Shown piece after piece: positions 1-11,000 of a stretch of 64,000 bases of DNA (position 1 is the stretch's first letter; the number at the start of each line of letters is the position of its first letter). The DNA is taken from the IMG/VR virus record IMGVR_UViG_3300042564_002372, positions 32,001-96,000 of that record; one strand, written 5' to 3'. The notes under the pieces were generated by a model, which was not told where the DNA came from, searched no databases, and saw nothing but the letters and a program-made list of their open reading frames with translations. The translations under genes were made by a program, and so were the position numbers. The stretch is from a virus.

Positions 1-3000
1 GAGAACTTCTCCACTATTAAAATATATACCAGACTGAGCAGCTAACTGAACGTTTGTACCAAACCAGTTCACAGCACCAGATACAAACTCAAAGCCAAGT
101 GCCTTCAGTTGGAAATATCTGTTCATTGTCTCCATTGACTTAACAAGAGAAACTGAACTTGGATTATCGTCTATTGTAAATATTTCTTTTCCCCCAAAAT
201 GCTTAGCTGTTTTATTTACAGCCTTTTTCATATAATCAACTACACCAGTGGATATTGTAACATCTGTATCATCTAATGGATACTTCTGATCATACAATAC
301 AGCTCTCATGAACTGGTCATAGATCTTGGCATTCTCCTCGTTTCCTTTCTCTTCTATAACTCTACCATTTTCCACAACAACATTTCCAGTTCTAGATGTC
401 TGAAGATGATGTTCCTTAAAGGTTTCTATGTCCTTTACAAGTTTTATTTGGTCTTCCACCTCAGACAAATACTTATAGTTGTTCATGTGTCCTATGTAAA
501 GGATCATGTTAGCAAATAAGTCTTCGCTCACTTCAGAAGTGTCCACTTCTCCACCAGGGAGTTGTGTAAAGTCTGTAGTGTAGTATTTTGGTATGCCATT
601 CTCAACTTCACCTGTAAGAGCATCAATGTTTCCATACCCTACATCATCAGCTCTTATGGATAGTTTGTTACCAAAGTTCATCACTGTGGACAAACTAAAA
701 TCCCAAGCCAAGCTTTCTGCCATACTTTTTCTCACCCATGGTAAGAATGTTGACACGCCTTGGTTGCTTAGATATCCTACATCTTTAGCCTTCTCGTTAA
801 TCTTGCTTATGAAGTTATATAACTCAAGTAGCTCTGGATCTTTCTCTAACTCTTTATACTCTTCAGATAACCATTTAGCTTTTGGATGACGTAGTATTAC
901 ATAGTTGTTCCAACCAGTAAAGTCTGCTCTTCTCAAATCCCACTTCTGTCTTTCCTGAAGAATTAGTCTATCCTTCATTTCTTCATTGTTGGCGTAGTCC
1001 CTTTCTATTTGAGCTACTCGCTTCTCAAGAAGAGCATCTGCTTCTTTCAAATAAGCTTCTACATCAATATTATCTTTTAGCCATTGCTTACTTCTATTTT
1101 CTTCAAGAGAGTTGTTTTTAACACCATCTCTAAACTCAGGACTGTATTTATAAATTAGTTTATTTACAAAATTGCCCTTATCATCCTTACGATAGATTTT
1201 CTTAACTAGCTGTCTAAGATCTCCTCCTCTACTAGCCAGTTTCTCTCTAATCTTCATTAGATCTTGCACCTCATCCTTTGCATCAGCAGATGCTCTAACC
1301 TTTGCGTTCTCAGTGAGCTTGTAAAGAATCTGTACAGATGCTAAAGGTATTTCACTAATAGATCTAAACAATGAACCTAGTCCTTTCACCACAGCTGCTG
1401 GATTAAGAAGACCAGTTACAAGATTTCTCAATCCCATATACTTATCTGCAAATTGTCCAGCAATCTCATACACTTGCTCTCTAGACTTTCTAATCTGTGT
1501 AGCATTCTTAGAAAGGTCTTCTAACATTTCTTTTCTATCAGCAAGCTCTTCTTCAGATATGCCCATTTTATCCATCTCTTTATTATAGATGAGATCACCA
1601 ATGGTATCACTAATCTTTCCAAATACTTTAGCAATCGCTAAGTAGTCTCTGAGATCTGAAGAGAAATCTGATAGTTGCTCGTTAGTAAATTCGTTGGATT
1701 GAGCATTAGCATCTTTATAAATCATGTTGTAATCACTGATGAGGTTTTCTCCTTCCTTCATCATTACTAACACTACATCAATTACAGGTTTGATATTCAT
1801 TGTTCCTTGAGCCATTCGTATAGCTTCTCTAACAATATTCAAACGTTCTCTTTTAAACTCACGCTCCTCATCAGATGTGGCTTTTGTTTTAGATATTCTA
1901 TCAAGAATTGCATTCAATTCTCCAATAAATTTATCAAGGCTCTTGAATCCTGTGCTTTCTGTCTTTTCAGAAACAGGGACAAGTGTTAAGTTCTCTATCT
2001 TAGTTGTATCAACAGAGCCAATATTTATTCCTGTAAGAGTTGGTTTTGAATCCTCCACCTTCTTATCAGCTGGCTTTATCTGGAAAAGAATAGGTACAGC
2101 TCTATTCATCCCCACCTTCTTAACACCATAGTTGGTTAGAAGTATGTCACGATATCTTCTTAGCTGTACACCGTATGCTTCTTGCTTATACCACTGAACA
2201 TCTCTCTGACCTTCACCAACACTCATGAACTTCCAGTCAACAATGTGACCAGTTCCATCTTCATCAACAATAAGTAAGTCAATTGTACCAGCTTCCTTTT
2301 CTCTAGCGTCATATACTCTTGCTTCAGAGAAGACAAGAATATTCTTACCCCCTTTGGAGCGAGCTTCAATCATCTCTGTGTAATAGTTCTCAATCTTAGC
2401 ATACACTTCAGCATCAACTCTATCTCTAATGTCTGGTCTAGCGTCAGGTGTTGTTTTTCTGGTGCCGTCAAGATTGAAATATCTATAGTGGATTTCTTCA
2501 AAAAATCCATGATACTTTATACCAAGATTACGCTTGAATTCATTAAATGCTTTCTCTTCTTTAGTGAAGGTAGGTTCTCCAAACTTGTCTTTGTAATATC
2601 TTTTTACACGATCAGTTACACGTTTTAAAACACGCTTGTATGTACCATCTGGTTGTTTGTATTCGTAGAAGTTACTTGCATCAGAATCACCAATGGTAAG
2701 AGGATCTATTGTAGGATCGACATCTTCTTTTCTTAATGTCTCCCTAGTTTCAATAATTCTTCTCTGTATTTCTTTTTGTGCTTTTGTAGGTTCTGCAAGT
2801 TGGAAGAATATTCCTTCTCCAGAAGATCTTGTTTTTACAAACTCTCTGAAGCCTTGAACATCATTCTCGTTTGCTAGAATATGGATTTGTTCAGGTTCTT
2901 TAACAGCGTATTGAGTGTCTCTATTTTTAATACGATCATCTTCATACTCTGTAACATCTTCCGCAATCAATGAATCGTATTCTTCTATTCTATCTGCTAC

Positions 3001-5055
3001 ATCTCTTGTGAATTTTCTACCACTTTCTCTTCCTAGATAATAATCATATTTTTCTATTAGTACTAGTGGGTTTTCAGAATTAATAAGAACTGGCACAACT
3101 CTATTATTAACAATAATCTTACTAGAGGGTGATGTGGCTATAGCCTTTCTAACAACATCTCTATATGCTTCTAGATCAGAGTTTAACAAATTGTATAGAT
3201 TATCTATATTCAAGTTTAGATATTCTAACAAAGGTGTTACTTTATCAAGAGCCTCTTTATTTTTTCTAGCAACCTCCTCTCTACTTCTCAAAGTGCCAAA
3301 TTGAGTTAGAGCATAAAATATATTATCTTCTAAATTTGCTTCTGGTTCAGAGGTTCTTAGATCTAAAACTGTTTTTACTAAGTCTTCTTTTTTAAGAAGA
3401 AGTTCTGATTTATCACTCCAATTCTTTGCATTAATTTTATTTTTAAAAAAGAATATTAAGTTTTCAAATGATTGATTTATAAAACGCTTATCAAATTTAT
3501 CAAACTTTTTATTAGTACCATGATAAACAACGTCCTTCACTTTGCTATTAGGAAAGACAGAGTCTAGATATTGAGAATATAGTTGTAGAGCTTGTTGTTT
3601 CTGTTGTGGGGTTATTTGTTGAATTTCATCAGAAGTTTTAATTCTAAAAGCTCTTTCTTCAGTTACAAAACTGTCAGGATATTTTTCACTAGCTTTACCA
3701 ATATCTCCTATTTTTTCAGCATATCCTTTTTTAACTAATGAATTTAATAGTTGTATTTCTTGACTACTATTTTGATAATCAGAATATAAACTACTTCTAT
3801 AATCTTTTTTAGCTAAATCAGCCATTAAAATATGAACTACTTGTCCATAACCTTTATTTTGATATTCATCGTTAATTTCAATAGATAAGCCTAATTGTTC
3901 TTTTTCTCCATTATTTACAAATTTAACCCTACCTATTTTTTTATTATTAAGTTGAATAAACATCCAACCACTATTTGTTTCTTTTGATAGTGTTATTCCT
4001 TTATTATCAAATGTAGATTTATTAAAACCTAAAGCTTCATATACTTGATTAGCTAATTCAGGATTAGAATTGAATAGTTCTTCTACACCTTCTTTGATAT
4101 ATGGAGCCTGACGTTGTGCATAGATTGTCTCATTAAGAATATCAGACACTTCTCCCTCAATCTCTCCTTCTATAATCTGTTTTGCAGTTTCTTCAAAGAT
4201 GCTGATGTTAGCAGACTTGTACATTCCTCTGAAGAAGTCAGTGATGGCATTCCACCAACGTCTGATGATTGATCTGTTTTCTTCTTCTAGAAGCTCTGGG
4301 AATTGTGCAGCATCTTGACCCTGATTGATGATCAATTCAGAAATCAATCTATCAACAGCTTCCTTCTTTATTTTTCTAATATCAGGCTTTCCATTAGGAA
4401 GCTGATAGAATTTATTGTTTTTGTATTCTTCTAATGTTTGTTTGTAAATCTTAAATCTGTCAATCTTTGATATCATCTCAGTGACAAGACTAGGATTCTT
4501 TTGTTCAATGATCGCTGTAGCAACGTGAACCATCTCTTCTGTAAGAGCTACATCTTCTTTACCTTCAGCTACAGCAATTACACCTCTTACAAGATCCGCA
4601 ACAGCATTAGCTCCAGATACATTTGTAGAGGACTTTCTTGCATACTCAGTAAGTGATTCAATGTTCACTCCCATCTTCTTAAGCACTTCTTTCACCTTGG
4701 AAATAGTTTCTGGAGAAGCTACGGAGAGTTGAGATTCTTCTTGCTGGAGAAATAAATAATCTTCTCCATATTCAACTCCTGCTCTAACAGCATCATCCAT
4801 TTGAGCTGCTCTTGCTTCTTCTATCTCAATTTCCAATTCATGATTGTAATACAAATCAACAAGAGCATTTGGAATATCAACTCTTCTAGAAACTGCGTCA
4901 GCCTCTGAAAAGAATTCTACCACTGGTGCATTGTAATCAGCATTGATTTCTGATGCTAATTTCTTGGCATTAGCTAACGACATGTTGAAACCAGGGTTTG
5001 ATCTGGTCTCAACATTTGTTGTTAGGTTGTTCTTTATTTGTATTTTACAAGGCAT
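1..5055 (-). CDS. Giant polyvalent virion/ejection protein, partial (C-terminus beyond the window): degenerate zincin, GNAT, ADP-ribosyltransferase-like and PD-(D/E)xK nuclease domains
   Basis: Not in the ORF track because no stop falls inside the window. ATG at 5055, a few nt after the RNAP stop, begins MPCKIQIKNNL; the same frame is still open at base 1. Motifs translated by hand: LTEEMVHVATA (~4520-4545), EINDEYQNKGYGQ (~3841-3879), VKDVVYHGTNKKFDKFD (~3490-3540), EAGTIDLLIVDEDGTGHIVDWK...QLRRY (~2150-2295). Confidence 0.85.
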   Translation of the reverse strand, partial: MPCKIQIKNNLTTNVETRSNPGFNMSLANAKKLASEINADYNAPVVEFFSEADAVSRRVDIPNALVDLYYNHELEIEIEEARAAQMDDAVRAGVEYGEDYLFLQQEESQLSVASPETISKVKEVLKKMGVNIESLTEYARKSSTNVSGANAVADLVRGVIAVAEGKEDVALTEEMVHVATAIIEQKNPSLVTEMISKIDRFKIYKQTLEEYKNNKFYQLPNGKPDIRKIKKEAVDRLISELIINQGQDAAQFPELLEEENRSIIRRWWNAITDFFRGMYKSANISIFEETAKQIIEGEIEGEVSDILNETIYAQRQAPYIKEGVEELFNSNPELANQVYEALGFNKSTFDNKGITLSKETNSGWMFIQLNNKKIGRVKFVNNGEKEQLGLSIEINDEYQNKGYGQVVHILMADLAKKDYRSSLYSDYQNSSQEIQLLNSLVKKGYAEKIGDIGKASEKYPDSFVTEERAFRIKTSDEIQQITPQQKQQALQLYSQYLDSVFPNSKVKDVVYHGTNKKFDKFDKRFINQSFENLIFFFKNKINAKNWSDKSELLLKKEDLVKTVLDLRTSEPEANLEDNIFYALTQFGTLRSREEVARKNKEALDKVTPLLEYLNLNIDNLYNLLNSDLEAYRDVVRKAIATSPSSKIIVNNRVVPVLINSENPLVLIEKYDYYLGRESGRKFTRDVADRIEEYDSLIAEDVTEYEDDRIKNRDTQYAVKEPEQIHILANENDVQGFREFVKTRSSGEGIFFQLAEPTKAQKEIQRRIIETRETLRKEDVDPTIDPLTIGDSDASNFYEYKQPDGTYKRVLKRVTDRVKRYYKDKFGEPTFTKEEKAFNEFKRNLGIKYHGFFEEIHYRYFNLDGTRKTTPDARPDIRDRVDAEVYAKIENYYTEMIEARSKGGKNILVFSEARVYDAREKEAGTIDLLIVDEDGTGHIVDWKFMSVGEGQRDVQWYKQEAYGVQLRRYRDILLTNYGVKKVGMNRAVPILFQIKPADKKVEDSKPTLTGINIGSVDTTKIENLTLVPVSEKTESTGFKSLDKFIGELNAILDRISKTKATSDEEREFKRERLNIVREAIRMAQGTMNIKPVIDVVLVMMKEGENLISDYNMIYKDANAQSNEFTNEQLSDFSSDLRDYLAIAKVFGKISDTIGDLIYNKEMDKMGISEEELADRKEMLEDLSKNATQIRKSREQVYEIAGQFADKYMGLRNLVTGLLNPAAVVKGLGSLFRSISEIPLASVQILYKLTENAKVRASADAKDEVQDLMKIREKLASRGGDLRQLVKKIYRKDDKGNFVNKLIYKYSPEFRDGVKNNSLEENRSKQWLKDNIDVEAYLKEADALLEKRVAQIERDYANNEEMKDRLILQERQKWDLRRADFTGWNNYVILRHPKAKWLSEEYKELEKDPELLELYNFISKINEKAKDVGYLSNQGVSTFLPWVRKSMAESLAWDFSLSTVMNFGNKLSIRADDVGYGNIDALTGEVENGIPKYYTTDFTQLPGGEVDTSEVSEDLFANMILYIGHMNNYKYLSEVEDQIKLVKDIETFKEHHLQTSRTGNVVVENGRVIEEKGNEENAKIYDQFMRAVLYDQKYPLDDTDVTISTGVVDYMKKAVNKTAKHFGGKEIFTIDDNPSSVSLVKSMETMNRYFQLKALGFEFVSGAVNWFGTNVQLAAQSGIYFNSGEVL

Positions 5056-5059
5056 TTTA

Positions 5060-8000
5060 TTATTGGCAAGATGGAGGAGTTCTGTCAATTGCTGGAAGAT
5101 CTCCAGGTTTATTTTTATTAGCCACTGGGCTTGGAGTTGCTACAGGGCTTCCACCAGTGAAGATGTTAATAATTCTTTCGTCAGCTGCTACATTACGAAC
5201 TTTGATAAACCCATTATCAATTTCTGAAGGCTTCTCAACATCATAGAATTCTTGAGCTCTTTCTCTAGCACCCCATGCATTTACAGCTTGATAGATGTAA
5301 TATTCTTTACCATCATAAGCTGTGTGGATAAATGGTAGTCCTCCAGTTTTCACTTTTCTAAACAATCCACGCTTGATGTAAGAGAAGTCTCCCTTCTTTC
5401 TCATCTCAGCTTTTTTCTCTTTTGTAAAACTTTCGTCTTCCCACGAATATACGAAGAAATCAGAATTAGATTTTCTTCCAAGCATACTAACTGAAATGAT
5501 TGGAGGAATTTGATTAGTTTCTACTGCTGATTTAACTTGGTTAGGAAGGTATCTCATTGCTGGATTATAAACCTTCTTCTTAGTCCATCTAGCTTTCTCA
5601 TAAGGAACTACATCATCATTTCCCCAATTGTTTCTTTCGAATACATTCAAATCTGCAAATGTTTCTAGATTAGGAAGACTCTCAAGTTTTTGAATTGTAT
5701 CGTTGTAGATACTTTCAAAATCTTCAAAAGGAAGTAATGATGTGAACGATAGTCTATTTACAGAAAGTCCAGACTGATACAAAGCCAACATCTTAAACTT
5801 GTTGTATTTGGCTAATTCTCCTTTGCTCTCAAGATATTCCTTAAGTTCTCTGAAGCTGTATATAATACTATTCTGATCGTATATTTTATTCGTTGCTCCT
5901 TTTATCTTAATGTTGTTAGCACTTTCTGGAGAAGCTTCTGGTGCAAGTTGTGGCACAATGATGTTAACGACATGATTGTCAAACAATGGATGATTAGGAT
6001 TTGCTTTAATCTCTTTAACCATTTGCATGATGTCATTAGCATATCCACCATTGGTAATCATTGTGTTAACCACTGCATCTTTAAACACTGTGTTTGTTTG
6101 TACAGCATAGTCAAACAAATCAGCTACAGCTCTTTGTGCTAGTTTAACAAAGTCACGATCATTTAGATCAACGTATGGTTTCAACACTCTCTGTATAACA
6201 TTTCTCACCTTACTTCTATCAGAAGCAAGAATCTCCGCTACACCATCTCTTGTTTTGTTCAAGGTTTCAGCCGTTGTTCCAATGAATGAATTATCCAATA
6301 TCTCATCTACAGAACTGATGATGGTTTGTTGAGCTCTAATAAACTGCTCATGCTTTTTAAATAATAGATATGGATCATTGAAGTTAGATGTGTCATAGTT
6401 AGTTCCCTGTGTAACTAGGAACATGTGCTCTGCCATCTTAGCATACTTCAAGAACTCACCAAGAATAAATTGTTGATCAGCTTTTTCATTTGGCGAAAGA
6501 TCTGCTACACTTTTACCCACCATGTTTCTTAGAGAAGCAGTGTTTGGAATTACATCTCTAGGAGCCATGTTTGCTTTTGGATCAAAGTTGCCCATGGTGA
6601 TGTCTGCGAAATCATCTATGAATAGCCAAGAGTAGCCAGCATTCTCAATGATTCCTAGGTATTCACGAATGATTGGTTGATTCATGAAATAAGATACAGT
6701 GTCAATAGGTACGCCTATCTTAACCAAGAACAACCAGGTGGATGCTACGTTTGGTGTAGCACCAAGTTCCATGATCCAAGGTCCATTTGAAATATCTACA
6801 TAACCATCAATGAATTGGCCAATGATGTCAGAGATAAACTGACCATCAGCGTTTTTAATCATAGACATTGTAGCCTTACCATCAAGTTGATTGAAGCTTT
6901 GGAACTTCACCTTTGCATCACCTAACCATTTTGCATCTACAGGAGATACGTTCTCCAATCTAGCAGGATCTACAAATGATGCAAATCTCTGCATGAGTGA
7001 ATGGTTTGTCTGGTTAACAGCTGCAATACCAATTGCATACTTACCAGTTACAAATGCATGACGTAGTGATGACATGAAGTTTCTATTCAACATGTTACCT
7101 ACGTTTCTATAATCATAAGAACCACCTACAGTTTTCTTAGCAATCTCTTCAGACAATGCTTTCATTTGATTAGCAGAGTTTGGAGTCATTAACTTATCGT
7201 AGTTCTCATCACTCTTAATTAAATTCTCAGATGATTCGATGTAAGCGTTTTCCAAAGATGCTTTGTAAAGTCTCTCAGCATGCTCTTCTACAAAAGCATC
7301 CTGCAAGTCTTGAACTGTAAGTTTTTCTAATTTCTTATTTAACTTTTCAAATCTTTTTGCAAAGACATCACCAACAAGATCTACAGAAAGTTTACCATCA
7401 ACTATTTCATTTGCAAACCATTGTCTGAATAATGGAATCCATATTTGAGCAAATTCATTAGAAGTGTTTTCTGTAACAATATCAACAAATGTTTGTCTAA
7501 GATCTTCTTGTTTCAGTATTCTATTTTCAACTTTCTCAATCTTTGCTTGAGTTAGTTCTTTAGATAGAGCCTTGAACTTATCAATGGCCTGCTGACCATA
7601 ACCTTCAAATGGAACAAGTTTGATGTTACCTTTTGTATCTTGATAAACGTTCTTCAAATACATTGAAAGTTTATCAATATCAAAGTCAGATCCTACCTTA
7701 GCTACAAGTGCAGAAGGAATAACTACAGAGTCACCAAATTCTTTTGGTAAGAATTTAGCAATCTTTATTGCATCAATTGAGTTTTGGTTTTGTGTAGGAA
7801 TACGGAATGCCACACCCATAAGAATCTTTTGACCCTCTTCTGTATTGTTGAAGTAGTTAAGAAGTTCTTTGTCAGATAAAGGGCTGTCAAACCATCTTCC
7901 AATCATCACTTCAGCTACACGCTCTCCATCTTTCTCATAGAACTTCAATGTATTAGAAACGAATCCTTTCTTACCATTGATTTCCTGTATTCCTATCTTG

Positions 8001-11000
8001 TTTGATTCTAGTAGTGTAGAAGGTATTTGTACTTTCATACCTCCAGATATTTTTGGAGAAACAACATTACTATCAACAATAGAATAAAGAATGTTTCTCA
8101 CTTGCTGATATGCAGGTGTTGCTTCAAGAATAGTTTTACCTTCAAGGAATGAATCAAGTGATTTAATCACATTATCATTCACTTCTCTTTTTAGCATTTC
8201 TTTTCTTAATGTATCAGCTGCGATAGAGAAGTCAGTTATTTCATACCCTTCTTTTGTTTCTGCAATACCAAGCTTCTTCAATAGAGATTGGTAACCAAAC
8301 TCAGTCATTGCTTGTAGCAATTCTCTGTTGTTCTTTATCTCTTTGTAAAGCTTAGACTTTTCTTTATCAGCTTCGTCAAGAGCATTCCATGCTTGGTATC
8401 TCTTATTGAAGTTTGTTTCATTAGGCATGAAATCAACAGGAACACCAGCAGCCATAAAGTCCATTGTCAAAAGCTTTGTCATCTGAGAACCTCTAGTAAC
8501 AAGAGCCTTTTCCTTAGAAGGAACTTCTGCCTGTATAGCCATAATCTTGAAAGGAACATTGATAACATTCTGACCCTTTCCAGAAGCTGTGTAAGGAGTG
8601 TCATTGAATGATCCATCAACATTGTATGTAGAATGTGGATTTCTTGCTCCAACCTTTCTACCACTGTTGAATACAATGTAATCAATATCCTCTCTCTGCA
8701 TCTTATCATAGAGCTTCATTGCATTAGATGTTGAATTAACCTTATGCATCACTCTAAATGATAGAGGGTAGAGAGCAAACTTGTCAAGGACCACTTCATT
8801 ATATCCTTGTTGATTATCAGTAGTTCCAGCAACAATTGGTTTTACAGGAGTGTAAGCACTCTGATCACCAGGATTGTTTTTCTCAAACTCGTCAAGTGTA
8901 GCTTGATCTGCTCCAGACTTAACAAGCTTCTCATAGGCAACATCGTGTCTGTATTGAAGTTCATTAGTCTCTGTCCACTGACCCGCTCTAAACTTCAAGT
9001 TTCTATGAGCCTTCATAGAAATTATACCTGAACCATCTGTTTCTTTATAAGCTTCATAATCTTGTCCAGGAACATCTACAATACCAATCACATCAGCATG
9101 TGTAGCTGTTCTGAAATAGTTTCTATTGAAGTCTGTATATCCAACATCGCCTTTTTCAAATCCTGCATTCAATGCATTTTGCATTGCTGCGTTTATACTA
9201 AACCCAACAGTTAAGCTATCTGGATCAGACATAATAGCTTGTCTTGGAGAACTAAAGCTTTTGATACGCTTAAGTTCATCCTTGTATTGATATGGATCAG
9301 AATACATGAGTTTGTGCAACTCAATGTTAGCAATCATGTAGTTGACAGTGAGTGCTGACAAGTTGTTGTTCAATGTCTGCTCATTCATTGATTCGCTCAA
9401 TGAATACATTCCATCTTCACTACTTTTAATATTTCTTAGAGAAAATCCTACACCATCGTATTGAAGAATACCATACTTATTTAATGTATTTCTAAATGCT
9501 TGTGTTCTAGACTCAACATACTTCTTTACAGCAACTTCAATCTTTTTCTCAAACTTGTTGTATACAGCTTCTGCATCAACCTCTTTAGAGGCTATGATTT
9601 CGTTATTAAGTTCTTCACCTAGTATATCATAGAAGAATCTAAGATTGTTTCTCTCAGACTCTCTAGATGCATCAACAACTCTATCTGGAGATTTCGCAAG
9701 TTCATATTCAGATTTGAAATACTCTTTGAATATTTCCATCACCTTTCCATAACCTATGCTCATATTTTTAGATGACACATGGTTACCCATCTTAATCATC
9801 CATTCAATAGAAGCATCTCCAGGAACAAGATTCAAATAGAATCCATTTAGGTTAAGGTTCATTTCTTGTGTTAGACGTTCTGGATAGTTTAGTCTAGCAG
9901 AAGGCTTTTGTTTACCATTGATGTCGTTCTTAGTACCTCCAACATACGCAACTGTCAACAAATCACTATTAGCATTAGATGCAGGAATCTTCTTTCCTCC
10001 TTTTGGAAATAGCTTATTCATTATCACAGATCCTTTTGCAAAAGGGTCCATGACAAGATATTTGTAATGACTTTCTTTTACAGAGTTGTCACTAAGATCT
10101 TTAGTTTTTGATACAAAGTCTTGAAGATCACTTAACGGGTTTACGCCAATGTAAGACTGTGTACGTTCATTTGAAATGTTGAAGTATGTACTCTCAATCT
10201 CTGGGTTAGATGATTTTATTTTTAAAATAGCAAGTTCTGTAAGTCTTCCTTGAACACTAATTGTCTTTTTGGAAAGAGTCATCAACTCTTTGTTCTTAAC
10301 AAGACTATCTCTAATACCCTTTACAATCTCTCTAAACTTAGTCTTATCGTCACTGGTAAGTTTTCTAAAATCTTCTTTACTAAACTCAATGCCAATATCA
10401 TTCAAGAATCTCAACATTGCATTGTCATTATCAGCAATGTTTGAAGAGTTGAATTTTAAGTCATTGATTTTATCTTTAGCAACATAAGCTTTTTTAGAAG
10501 CATCGTATTCAAAATATCCTTTACCCTCTCTTGCAGAAAGGATGATTCCATTCTCATAATCATTTGCAATCTGTGCAGAAGCCTGTGACAAGTTTGCATC
10601 ACCAACAACTACATCTCCATTCTCAAGAATAAATACGTTCTTAACTTCTGGATTTTGTTTTTTGAATGTGCTGAAGAAAGAAGATAGTAATTGAATACTA
10701 TGAGGAGTGGTAAGCTTTTTGAATTCAAACTTACCTTCTGATGGATCTTTCTTAGCAATCCTCTTGTACAATCTAGAATAGTTTCCATCTTCTAGAGCAA
10801 GTCTTCTGAGATTTTCCATCATCTCATCCACATCTCTAGATGCATGAAGTTTATTCATCACGGTGATGAATGTCTGGGCAAGGGGTAATAACTCGTTTCC
10901 ACCAACAGATGTAACAATTGCTTCATCAACACCATTAACTCTTTTTGTTCTAGGTAGTGTTGCAAGCAATAGTTTTATTGCTGAATTTGCTTTTCTAAAC

